NCBI GenBank assembly: GCA_965235115.1
Contig: OZ249436.1
Span: 31,436,001 to 31,500,000 of the forward strand
Length of the DNA stretch: 64,000 nt
Source: Laetmonice hystrix
Taxonomy: Eukaryota
Direction of reading: 5' to 3'
The position numbers were made by a program, and so were the translations under genes. The notes beneath the pieces were generated by a model that saw nothing but the letters and a program-made list of their open reading frames with translations, made no database searches and was not told the DNA's origin. Of the stretch, positions 14,601 to 25,300 are shown in pieces. Position 1 is the first letter of the stretch. Each line of letters opens with the position of its first letter.

Positions 14601-17600
14601 TGGCACCTGGGTCAAAATCACATTTTCAAGCCTTGCAAAACTTCTACTGATGCTATCTGAACTGATGCAGTTATAAAGCACCAAATTGTTAAAAACCGAC
14701 TCTTTTATTGATTCTTTCCCAATACCTTTGCAGTGCCTGTGAAGGACATCCAGGGCAGCAATTAAAAACTCATGAGCATCTTGTTGTTCATATCCTGCTA
14801 GATGACGTGCATGTGTCCATACCAGGTGGAGCAACCTGTATGGTGTGTGAGGTGTCCGAACCCCAGAGTAAAACTGAACACAAAATACATTTATCATTAT
14901 TTAGAACAACTAAAACAAGTAGCACATTTCTGTAAATGAGCAAGTTTCACTGAACAGAATGCAGCGAATTAAACTGAGCACTAATAAAACCCACAGACTC
15001 ACCTCTTGAAATAGCCTCGACATTTCACATACCAGACACTGTTGAGACTGATTGAGCATTTGACAGTTGTGTTTGTCTGCTAGGAAGAAGTCTCTCAAAA
15101 GGGGTGTATGAGTCAGGGCCTGTACAATACAATTCATGAAACACGTGTTGCCCAGATTGATGAGCCCCCGAAGACCTGAAGACAAACAGGTAAACAGTGA
15201 GAACCATACAGCAATAAAATTATCTCTCCGAGACAAACTTAACACACAGTGGAAATCTGATAAACACAGTATGATAACTCTAACCCACTAATGACTGAAC
15301 CGTCCAAAACATTATGAAATTATGAAAAAAAATATGTTAATATATATATATATTTCCAGATTGGAAAAGATTTGTGGAAGTGTACATACCTATTGTGGAA
15401 CTCCCTGTAACCTTTCGCCGTTTTGGATGTTGATGTAGTAGATTCACCTCGTCATCTGTTGGTTCCCAGGGGCTAAACTGACTCTTCATGCCTACAAAAA
15501 ATTAAGGGGCTTTACAAATGCTAATGACACTAACAAAATCCATATTAGTTTTGGCGAAAGACGATGGGCAATTGAATATTTGAAGAGGATAATTGTCACA
15601 TAGAAGTGTCCTGTTTCTAGTGATTTCTTGGTGCTAATCCACATTTAGGTTGGTTTACGGGCTCAACATTGAAAGGGACGTCATGCAGGTTTGAAGGGTT
15701 TCAGTTACCCTCATCACCCATTCTGTTTACTCTAGTATCAGACTCGAACTTTATGGGCTATTTTCTCAGCCTCTACCAACAGCTACGCAAAGGCAGCGCA
15801 TTTAGTACATTTAGCAGACTTTTCTTCACATTCCGACTACTTTTGAGGTCATTCGGAAAAGTCTAAATTGGAGAAAAAGGGGAGTACTTTCCGAAGCCTA
15901 CAACTGCTCCTCTGCCATTTTGACAAGGGTTACTGAAATTACCCTCGTCAGGTCGTTGGACAGTGTATGACAAAACACACTGCCAGATAATTGAAAGTAG
16001 ATTATTTGGCTGTTGGGCTAAAGTTAGTTTATTGGTTTACGAGCTATGAGGCCATATATATAAGAGCTTGTACAGTCTTAGTGAAACAAGCCCCTGAGCT
16101 CTCAGAAACTTAACTTTTTCCATACTGACCAACTGGCACCGACCTAAATAACTTACATTTTTAATGTTTCGGCCTACAAGCCGTAAGCAGTTTAATCAAT
16201 GACAAAGAAAACATTCAGATCTTACCTAAAGACTGCAGCACCAACTGATGTTGTTGGCGCCCTACATCTTCATAGTCTTGGTCATAGACATAAGTCCCAC
16301 ATGAAAAGCAGTATATAGCACCATAACTCAAGTCTATGGCTGAAATGTAAATTAAGAGAATTACTCTTTATTCTATAACAGTTATAATAATCATAGGTTA
16401 AAGATTCAGGGCAGGCTATGACTGGCCATCAAACCTCATTAATCCAAAAGTACTAAAACATTTGTTCACTGACCATTTCAAGTATCTTTCAATTCAAATT
16501 CTTCTCAGAAATTATGTGTGATGTCATATTTTTCAGTAGGAATTTAAAAGTTTCTGTAAAATTCAATAAACTCTTAAAACTGCCACCCTCCATACAATTA
16601 TCCAAAAAAGCTCATGCTCACCTAAATTGTGTTTTCTTAATTTAGCATGCTCATGGATATGTTTTGATCCATAGCACCCAAAGAAAATACAATATAAACA
16701 GGAATGAAGCCGTGGCCCATGTACTCTGCATGTGTGGCACAAACACGAACGAGCCTGAAACATAATAACACGATTCAAATTGCAAATCAGACCTAGCGTA
16801 CACAACTTAAAAATGATAGGTCCATCATCATATGATATATCATTATATGTTCACATAAACATAAAATATGAATTTGTTATAGGAGAGTTTGTTATTTCAT
16901 TTTTGAGAAGCCAACAGAGATCTATGTCTACCATTGTGACAGGGACCTGGGATTCAGCAGTTTGACTTCAGTAAGAATCAGGCTCAGTCAGCAATCTTTT
17001 TCACGTTTTTTTTTGTTTTTTGCCCCAGAGCTTAAAGGCTAACAGTAACACACTGCATGACTTTTTTCCTTTCAACAATAGTTGCTGATTATGACAATGT
17101 CCCTTTATAAATCAAGTGTATTATGTGTTGACTTCACTAGCGCAGTAGCATCACACAATCTCCATTGCACTGCCAAAATCTGTCAGAACCCAAGCAGGAA
17201 TACATGGCATGATTGCCCCTTCATCCAGTCATCATCATCCCCTGAGCGTCTTGGTAGTAGTACTAGTAATAGTAGTAGAGAAAGTAGTCAAGACATGCAA
17301 TGATCCTGCAATACAACTTATACAAGCATGCTGGCCGCCAGGCTTAGTGGTCCATGGTGTGGGCGGGTTCTTGGGCTAAACGTCAGCATCAACGAGTGAC
17401 CAGGCCACGATTCCAGCCAATTGGCTAGGTTTCTGGGCAACCGTTACAGCCTTCTGAGCATCTCACCACCTCCAAAATAAGTCTCCCAATTAAATTTATA
17501 TTAAAGCAAAGCACAGATCTCTGTAGACAATTAGCATGCAATTCTGATATCTGTGTGCCAAATTAGATCCCTTCCCGGTGCCTGCACAAGCAGCTATTCC

Positions 17601-19217
17601 AGGGGAGGGATGGTCACAACGTCTTAAAGGATTACAGGCCTTGCCGTTTGACGGGCGCGATCGCGCTTGCGCCCCTAAGCGCCCGCAAAATCTGTTTTAG
17701 AAGCGCTGTTTATCGCGCCCCTCAACTTCATTGACTGATGTGAACCCTCAGCCATGTCTGAGGCAACCTCAAAAACGCTCTCTGTCTCCTCCTTGTCCCC
17801 CAGTCATTAATGAGTCAATCATTTCCTAGACGGTTTCCAGGACCTCTTTAGCCTATGCCAAACCTTATAAACTACCCCGAGTTTACCTGGAAATACCCAA
17901 ACGTGGGACAGGAACGATTTCTAGGGAAGTGATTTAGCTCTCCTCGGATAACCAAGGAGAGTGATGGATCGCTCCCGTAAAGATTTCAAACGGCAAGCAC
18001 TGGGATTATAATTGCATGCACTTTGAGAATCACAAACTGGTTCTTTCCAACCTGAACGATATTATTTGAACTTATTTAACAAGGAACTGGCCTGATACCT
18101 GACAAATGACTCATAATAACAGAGACTTTTGATTGCATTCTCACGCTCACGCCCCACGCAGAAGTGAGGGGACGATTGGTGCTTGTAATGTAAGGCATGG
18201 ACCATTTGATACCGGGGGGCCCCGTTTCACTAAGCCGGCGATGTCGCCAAATGTGCCCCATTGGCTTGCTTTAATGTTGGCGACATTTTGACAGGCGACG
18301 TCCCCTTAGTGAAACGGGCCCCTGATATTTCGGATAGTTTACAGAGAACGATACAAATACACAGGACTCTGCAGCCAACCTCCCTGAGATTTCAGACCGC
18401 AGAGAAAACAGACCGCGACACCGGCCTGCACTCCTGTTCAAACCCTTCCATAACGTCAGATGAGCCAAATCCACTATGCCCGGGCTGGGGGGAATGGGGG
18501 TTTACCGTTCTGATACACACTGGTCTGCAGCTCACATACTGATAGTCACATAGCCGCACATACTTAGCAGTGCGACAGAACCGACGCGAGCACCCGGCCG
18601 CGGCCGTGCTACCGCCGACACGAGTCGGCGATACGCAGTGCCAGTGACCATGGAGATGGACGACAGTTGGACTCTGTGGATCACATCCCGTTGCGCTTGC
18701 AAAGGATGAACGTTTGGGGGGCATGACTAAAGTAGCCTTTTATATGCCCGGGATACAACATCCGCAAAGACCGGCGTGGACACCATGACACATCAATCGC
18801 AAAACGGCGGTGGTCAATGCCGCTCGGCCCGTCATGAATGAACGCCCTCCCTGCTTCGGCTCTGCGACAAGACTTGAGCTGAGGCTGAGGGGCGGAGAAA
18901 TGCCGCACCGCAGCGTTTCCCCAGGCCAAGTTCATCATATTTATCATTTGACGCCAACACTGCTTATTTTAGAGACACATTAAAACCATTTTATAATGTA
19001 TGTCTCAAAATGAATACTACGAACCGTAAAATGACTGTGTCAACAACAGACACCGGCAGGTTTCAATTTCTAAATCCGTGCCGTGGTTGTGCCTCACCTT
19101 TCTTTTCCGAGTCTCGTCAGTCGCGCAAGAAATAAAGTGTGCGTGAATAATGCGGATGGGTTCCGTTCCCTTAGTAGCCTTGTAGGCGCTGAGGTGCTGA
19201 CAACCCGGTTTGCTCAT
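8657..19217 (-). CDS. USP22: Ubiquitin carboxyl-terminal hydrolase 22 (SAGA DUB module; Ubp8/nonstop orthologue), 13 coding exons, 504 aa
   Basis: Exons 19098-19217, 16622-16754, 16226-16339, 15390-15491, 15003-15175, 14726-14873, 14294-14396, 13901-13962, 13341-13416, 11196-11322, 9793-9956, 9395-9544, 8657-8699. All introns are GT-AG with consistent phases; total 1515 nt. N-terminal ZnF-UBP (CHTC...[11 protein letters not shown]...HIHEH), Cys box [29 protein letters not shown], His box VVNHRG...GHYTCY, C-terminal [13 protein letters not shown]. Confidence 0.97.
8786..9174. mobile_element. piggyBac-like MITE in the last USP22 intron
   Basis: TTAA|CCCTTTCGGGATGGG ... CCCGTCCTTAATGGG|TTAA; internal ~36-bp direct repeat near the 3' end. 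Confidence 0.75.
9395..9544 (-). CDS. USP22: USP22 exon 12 (His box [35 protein letters not shown]...)
   Basis: Hand translation; CAG/GTAAG boundaries. Confidence 0.95.
9793..9956 (-). CDS. USP22: USP22 exon 11 ([28 protein letters not shown]...)
   Basis: Inside ORF 9789..10007; CAG/GTAGG boundaries. Confidence 0.95.
10444..11153. mobile_element. Kolobok-like non-autonomous element in a USP22 intron
   Basis: TTAA|AGGGATGTAAGTG ... CACTTACATCCCT|TTAA (perfect 13-bp TIR). Confidence 0.8.
11196..11322 (-). CDS. USP22: USP22 exon 10 ([42 protein letters not shown])
   Basis: Hand translation; CAG/GTAAG boundaries. Confidence 0.96.
11615..11954. mobile_element. hAT-like MITE, 8-bp TSD
   Basis: ATGTCACA|TAGGGATGCATA ... 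TATGCATCCCAA|ATGTCACA; CGATAC subterminal repeats. Confidence 0.8.
12181..13311. mobile_element. hAT-like MITE with 5-bp TSD (hAT5-type)
   Basis: AAGGT|CAGGGTTTCCGCCAGA ... TCTGGCGGAAACCCTG|AAGGT; carries a nested Tc1/mariner MITE. Confidence 0.8.
12286..13129. mobile_element. Tc1/mariner-like MITE nested in a hAT element
   Basis: TA|TATCGGGTGGATAAAAAAAA... and ...TTTTTTTATCCACCCGATA|TA; TIR longer than 50 bp. Confidence 0.8.
13341..13416 (-). CDS. USP22: USP22 exon 9 ([25 protein letters not shown])
   Basis: CAG/GTGAG boundaries; its phases bridge exons 8 and 10. Confidence 0.9.
13901..13962 (-). CDS. USP22: USP22 exon 8 ([20 protein letters not shown])
   Basis: Hand translation; CAG/GTAAG boundaries. 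Confidence 0.95.
14294..14396 (-). CDS. USP22: USP22 exon 7 ([26 protein letters not shown])
   Basis: Hand translation; CAG/GTAAG boundaries. Confidence 0.95.
14470..14635. mobile_element. Short hAT-like MITE
   Basis: CAGGGCTTGAAAA ... TTTTCAAGCCTTG; TSD degenerate. Confidence 0.55.
14726..14873 (-). CDS. USP22: USP22 exon 6 (FYSG...[25 protein letters not shown])
   Basis: Inside ORF 14589..14897; CAG/GTATT boundaries. Confidence 0.97.
15003..15175 (-). CDS. USP22: USP22 exon 5 (Cys box [21 protein letters not shown])
   Basis: Inside ORF 14910..15245; CAG/GTGAG boundaries. Confidence 0.97.
15390..15491 (-). CDS. USP22: USP22 exon 4 (PWEPT...[14 protein letters not shown], basic NLS-like patch)
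   Basis: TAG/GTATGT boundaries; phase 1-1. Confidence 0.93.
16226..16339 (-). CDS. USP22: USP22 exon 3 ([20 protein letters not shown]...)
   Basis: Hand translation; CAG/GTAAG boundaries; phase 1-1. Confidence 0.95.
16622..16754 (-). CDS. USP22: USP22 exon 2 (Zn[13 protein letters not shown]...KHNL)
   Basis: TTTCAG acceptor, GTGAG donor, Cys/His zinc ligands. Confidence 0.95.
17635..18002. mobile_element. hAT-like MITE with 6-bp TSD (hAT6-type)
   Basis: GGATTA|CAGGCCTTGCCGTTTGA ... TCAAACGGCAAGCACTG|GGATTA. Confidence 0.75.
18213..18323. mobile_element. Unclassified short MITE
   Basis: TIR GGGGCCCGTTTCACTAAG / CTTAGTGAAACGGGCCCC; a related end fragment lies near 16075-16096. Confidence 0.65.
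19098..19217 (-). CDS. USP22: USP22 coding exon 1 (MSKPGCQHL...TRKRK)
   Basis: ATG at 19217; donor GTGAG at 19097; phase 0. Confidence 0.9.
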
Positions 19218-19334
19218 GCTGATCCGAGTAAGTCTGCTTTCGAAGTTCGTAACATCTTTCAGTTCAGGCGAATTAACAAATTCCCTGCTGTTCCAATCAA
19301 CAAAGGTGGTGCGCAGTCTCGTCCGAATTTTGCC

Positions 19335-19370
19335 GCACTGCGCGCACGTCTACTTCCGCTTCCGAGCTGT
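19335..19370 (-). promoter_or_regulatory. Probable USP22 core promoter/5' region
   Basis: Tandem CTTCCG (ETS-type) sites and a TGCGCGCA (NRF1-like) site in a CpG-rich patch ~130 nt upstream of the ATG. Confidence 0.4.
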
Positions 19371-20178
19371 GGTATCACAACACAAAGCAAAATCAGGAAC
19401 AATACAAAATTAAGAACACGTAGAGTCTAAGTTAGAAATGAAAAAACTTGTGTAATTCCGGACTTAGACCTATATTATTTTCAGAAAGAAATAAAAGGGT
19501 GCTAGGCGCTCGATCCCCCCCCCCCCCCCCACGGACCCGCCCCCTTTGTTTTAGTAGGCCTGCTACTCAGGAATAGGCCTAAGACCTTTTTTGTGCTCGA
19601 GAATTCACGAGTTTTTTTTCAGGTTTTGGTTGGTCATAGGCCCTACATTGATCATGAGCCTTATTTTCAATCGGAAAGTTAAGCTAGTCTCTTTTTTTAT
19701 CTTCAATAGGCCTATGGAATTGACTTTTTTGGCAGTTGAAATTCCGACTTTTTTTTTTTTTTTTTTGCTTTTTCTTAGGCCTAGCCTAGTCAGGAATTTG
19801 AAAAGTGTCACCTATGATGAAAGAACAACTCCACATAGATTTATAAAGTCAGCGTTGGCATCGAGGCGCGTAGTATAGCTACTCTATAGCAATTATTAGG
19901 CTATTTAAATCTGGGTAATCGTCTCATATACTAAATGTTACTGTAGCCAGCCTATTATTGTTCTGGAGGCCCGCGCTATATAGGCCTAGGCTATGTAGGC
20001 CTATACGATAGGCCTACGGTGGAAACAATAAAGTTTATTATGCCACTCAAGTATTATTTATTATGTTAAAATTACCCATGAGGTCCCAAAAGAACGTTCC
20101 TACATAACATTTAGCCCTATGTAACCAATAGAGGGAACGTTGTAAGAACGCCGTAAAATTGCTAGCTGGGAGCACCCC

Positions 20179-20278
20179 CAATCTAATTAAAATTAGGTCT
20201 TAGTTTTTCGCATGCGCGGCAGCACTGAAACAGCCGAGAGAGACGCGGAATACCAAGATCTAATTTTAATTAGATTTG
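20179..20278. mobile_element. 100-bp MITE with 9-bp TSD (AcademH-like termini CA...TG)
   Basis: GAGCACCCC|CAATCTAATTAAAATTAG ... CTAATTTTAATTAGATTTG|GAGCACCCC. Confidence 0.75.
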
Positions 20279-20927
20279 GAGCACCCCATTCAAGGCAAGA
20301 TCCATGTCGGCAGTGAACGAAAAAAAAACCACGGAATTTTAAGAAAAATAGGGCTTAGTCTACTCAACAATTAAGTGAAACAAAACGAGTTTCCAAGAGG
20401 TACCGGATCCCACCCCCTGGAGCCTACCCCCGCCCCTCCCTATCCGTCCTTGCCATCCCAAAAATCAAAGGGCCTATAGGGCCTATAGGCTATAGGCCTA
20501 GGCCTATCTGTTGGCTCCAAAAAGGTCCAAATTTGCCGCTTCCCACCCACTTAAAAATCATGTCCGACGCTTCTGGGGGCGTTCACAACCTGCCCCCCCC
20601 CCCCACCCCCCCCCCTCTGCGCGGACGCTTGGGGGGGGGGGGGGGCAGGCCGGTGTAGGCCTAGGCCTATACTATGAAATATTACTGCCTATGAAATATT
20701 GCCGCATTGCGTTGCTGCCTATGAAATATTGCAGTAGGCCTATAGGCCTTATTGCATCACTGCATTATTTCATAGCCTGCATTATTTCATAGACTGTAGC
20801 TATGAAATATTGCTGCCTATGAAATATTACAGTGTTGTGTTACTGCATTATTTCATAGCCCGTAGCTAATGCCTCCTATGAAATATTGCAGAATTGTCCC
20901 TTTTTTGGGGGGTGGGTGGGAGGTATA

Positions 20928-21681
20928 GAGTAGAGCGGAGCGAGACGCCCCCTCCGGGAAAGACGCCCCCAGTGTTAACTCAGTTATTTATCCTTGAGTT
21001 GGGATTCCATAGCAGTTATTTTATTCACTAATGGACGCAGTGTTGACGCCAGGCCTTACAAGACGATTTGAGATAATTTCATGAAAGGGTCAACATTACA
21101 TTTTATGCATAGGCCTATTTTCGGATGAGGTTTGTGCAACATGCACTCTTGTCCTCTGGGCACATTACATTTTTGTTATTCAGCCTAAGTACTATCACGA
21201 TAACATAACAGAAGTAATTATCTGTAATAGGGAAAAGATCTTGGATCTAGGCCCCCGCACCCCCAACATAGCCAGAGCCTCCCTATTAATATTTGGGGGC
21301 TTTTCCCAGTCTGCACATGCACCTTATTTAAAGCTCAACATAACAGATTGGAAGACCTACATTCAAAAGAAACGAAAACTCGTGAAATATAACAAACTAT
21401 AAAGAGGGAATCTGCCAGGCTTTTATGGCTTGGACGGGGCAAGACGCCTCCAGGGGGCGTCTTACCTCTGGTATGGGGCAAGACGCCCCTTTTCAATTTT
21501 TAGGCGAAATATTTCATTTTTGAAATGTTATAAAAAGGATAGCCTACAGCCAAAGGAGCAATGAGTAGCTAAAATATATCTTTTCACAAAAAAAAACTAC
21601 TCATTCTGATAACACAGGACGGCCTGGTAATATATGCTTTGACCCAAAACTCAAAAGGGGGCGTCTCGCCCCGCTCTACTA
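20928..21681. mobile_element. pogo/Tc1-like MITE
   Basis: TA|GAGTAGAGCGGAGCGAGACGCCCCC ... GGGGGCGTCTCGCCCCGCTCTACT; internal GGGGCAAGACGCC repeats; a related element lies at ~29207-29621. Confidence 0.6.
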
Positions 21682-22345
21682 GTGCCTATAGGAGTGCATG
21701 GTAGTAGGCCTATAGGCCTACATTAGCAAAGCCTAGACCAGTGGCGGATTTGTTGTTGAGTTAGTTTATAGGTCAAATATTATAGCCTAATAGAATAATT
21801 TATCTTGTTTATTTGCTCTTTAGACTCTAGGCCCTACATCCTAAATCTGCAATATTGCACGGACTGCAGTATTTCATAGCCTAGGCCTATATAGCTATGA
21901 AATAATGCCTCTGAAATGTTGCAGTCATGAACTAGCCTAGGCCTACTGCAATATTCCACGGACTGCAATATTTCATGATGGCCCATAGGCTATAGGCTAC
22001 TATGGAATAATGCCGCCTCTTTTTCAGTTCCCAAATCAATCTGTCGCTCAGTTTTTTTTCTTGTCGCATTTGTGTTGTTGTTGTCACTCCAATATGCGAC
22101 ATAGCGACATATGCGACATGGATAGCCGTGTGTGTTCATGGATGCGATGGATGTCTGACAGCGACGGTGGAACACGCACGTGGGTTACCCGCTAAGCCTG
22201 GCTCGTAGATATTTATTTTTGTGTCGTGAGACCTTACATCATTTCTAAAGGGGTTCCTGTTCCGGTGTAAATAGACGGTCCGTGCGGACGGTCTGAGAAT
22301 CGTAATGAAAGACGTAAATAACTACTAAACTAGTAGACGTATGCC

Positions 22346-22370
22346 ATGAGCAGGGTTATTGTGAACAAAG
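22346..22370 (+). CDS. BOLA1: BOLA1 coding exon 1 (MSRVIVNK)
   Basis: ATG, then donor AAG|GTAAC; phase 1 matches the next exon. Confidence 0.7.
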
Positions 22371-25300
22371 GTAACGTCCAGCTCGAGTGTCATTTCTTGC
22401 AGTCTGTGAATTAATCGTCTGTAGAATAGGGGGTCTGTGACTCTGGTGATGATGACAGTGTGTATTCGGTTAGTGACTGACTCCCGTACTGTGTGGCGTA
22501 GTGTGGAGAGACACTGCAGGGGGGGGGGGGGGGGGGTGTCAGGAATTTGGAAGGGGGGTGTCCATGTGGGGGGACTGGTAAAAGGGGGGGTCCAACACAG
22601 TTAATTCAGAAAGCTCTGTCTATGACTATGCCCTGAGACTGAGTTGTGAGGAAAAAAGAGATGTCCAAATTGATGCCAAAGCCAAGCCCAAGCCAAGGGC
22701 AAGGCAAAGGGGCACAGGACCCCCCCCCCCCCCCCCCCCGATCCACGGCTGTACTGTACAGATAACTCTCGAAGACTAAATTAAGAGGAGTCTATGCCTA
22801 ATAATCATAATGTACCACCTATACTCTAGTGACTCAGTCAGTAGTTAATATAAACTCACTTCTAATGTCAAAAAGTAATGACTAGTCAAATGCAAACTGT
22901 TCTCCCTAGCTAATATAGTAATAATGATTGATTAATCATTTACCACTATAGTTTTTTGATTTTCAGGGGCAGGGGAGGGGCACTTTTGTTAATGCAATGG
23001 ACTTAGATAGGCAGTTTCGCCTCTGCAGAATTATGTGATGGGCGAGTCATGTAGTAGTGGTCAACGAATGCATACACACACAAAAGAAATTCACAATATA
23101 CCAGAGGTGTTCATTTTAAAATACAACAATTAAAGACTGATATGAATAGGCCCTGTGTCTGTGACTGAACAAATTTAAGCAGTATGAAACTCAGGGAACC
23201 AGCAGTATGCAGTAAGAAATCTATTCATTTCTAGAAATATGCACATTATGTGGGATAATGTCAATATTGCAACAACAAAAAAGAATTTGGCCAAATCAAG
23301 ACTCTGGAGGGTGTGTTCAGTAAAAGGGTGACTATCAGTCAGGGACATCTGGTGGTAAACAAGTGAACCAAATCTCCAGGAACCCTGTGTCCATTCTTTG
23401 ACAAATAGATCCGACCTTTGAAAATGAAGTATTGAGTACATTTTTGCTTCTTGGCATTTCAGGAGTGGGTATTTTGTGTAGGGTAAAGGTTGGCCACACA
23501 GCACCAACACAGCGGTTCTTGGCCATGGCTGCTGCAGAGGTAGGGTATTTTTGGACGCTGAACATGTGAGGTCTGTAAGGCAATAAGTCAAGGATGAGAA
23601 TCTTATGTGGATCTCCATGTTGTTTGCCCTTCATCAAGCTTTATAATATCATATAATTAGCAGTTTCCATTGTTAGCCGTTCTCATCCCTGATAAGTTCC
23701 CATAATTTCAGACAGACCACAAGATATTGTCAAGATCAATACATTATATTCTAAACAATGCAAAATTATTCTGTAATTTTGTATTCTATATTTTATGATT
23801 ATGAATCCTCCTAAAAGGTTGATGGATTTAAAGATACTTTTTTTTTGGGGGGGGGGCTTTTCACTTTTTATTCATTATAATCTTTTTATTATCAAGGAGC
23901 GACCTGTAGAAGGCATGATTAGGAAAAAACTGACAGAAGAGTTCCAGGTAAGTAAAAGCAAATCTTAATCTTTCTCTTTCTCTGTCTCTATGTGTGGGCC
24001 TCACCCTCATAAGTACATATAGTACATAAGTACATAAAACATGATATCCTTAAACATTTCAACTTCAACAGGACTTATATTGACTGTGTGTTTGTTTTTT
24101 TCAGCCCATCCACCTGGACATAATTAATGAAAGTTACATGCACAGTGTCCCAAAAGGTATTCACTATTACTTGTCTTCCGGTTCCTTTCCTTATAGTAGA
24201 GACAATACTCCCCTAACATTGTCGATAATTATACCAACTCTGCCTTTTTAAAAAGAGGCTTTCTTCATATCGTTGACATATTAATGTTATACAAAACAGA
24301 TTCATTTTCGATGAGGTGCATCAGGGGCGGATCCAGCTTTTTGCGTTAGGGGGGGTTCAACGTGTTCAGGGGCGACACTGAAGTAACTGTACGAGCGCCG
24401 AAGGCGCGAAGTGTGCAAGCGCCAAAGGCGCGAAGCCTTCCTAGGGGGGGTAGGGGGGCTTGCCCCCCCCTGGAAAATTTTGAAATTCAAGGTGTCATTT
24501 GTTGCAATCTGATGCATTTTGGAGCACAAAATAAGCTATCCAATGACCAATGTGACCAAGGGCAAAAGGGCCTCCTCAAGTCCAACAGCATCTTTGGCTA
24601 TAGCATGAAATCATGCCAAGCGTAGCGAGGCAAAACAAATTTTTAGGTGGTTTTTATCTTGCGACTGAAAGAAAAAACACTTCTAAATTATAATGTTTGA
24701 ACCCCCTAAAGTTAAAATGCGTGTATCTGCAAAATTTTAGGGGGGGTTCGAACCCCCTGAACCCCCCCCCCTGGATCCGCCAGTGTGCATGATGGGGAAA
24801 AGTTATGGAAGACGAGACGTGCCTTTTATTCTAATCGGTCCAGATTTGTCCTTATATTGCATCTGACCCAATTCCTCATGGCTGACGTATATTCAATACG
24901 GGCCCTCTGGTCGGAAATTGTTGGGAACTGAAATCATGTTAGTTGGATTGGTGGACGCTAGGGGGCACTACGGTGTCTGTTAGCTGGTGAATGTCCAGAG
25001 TGGTGCTTTCAAACATTGACTGTGGAGTAATGGGTCGTCAGGATACAGTGCTTTTGTACTATCAACTTACTATATGATATCATATTGTGTTATAACATAA
25101 TTAATGTGGCCATATTCTTAATATATGACTGCTGATATTTTGTTATTTTATGGAAGGATTATTCGAGAACAAGCAACCTGTTTCCTCAAACTTATGTTAA
25201 CGCATAGGTGCTTTCATTCTGAAATAATGACCCCCCACCCACTAACAAAAGCGAATAGTGAGGAGAGATTAATGACAATGACAATTTTCTCTGTGCACGG

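Noticed and set aside
23175..23637. 147-aa and 100-aa minus-strand ORFs
   Set aside because: Antisense to BOLA1 exon 2 and its introns; no recognisable protein features.
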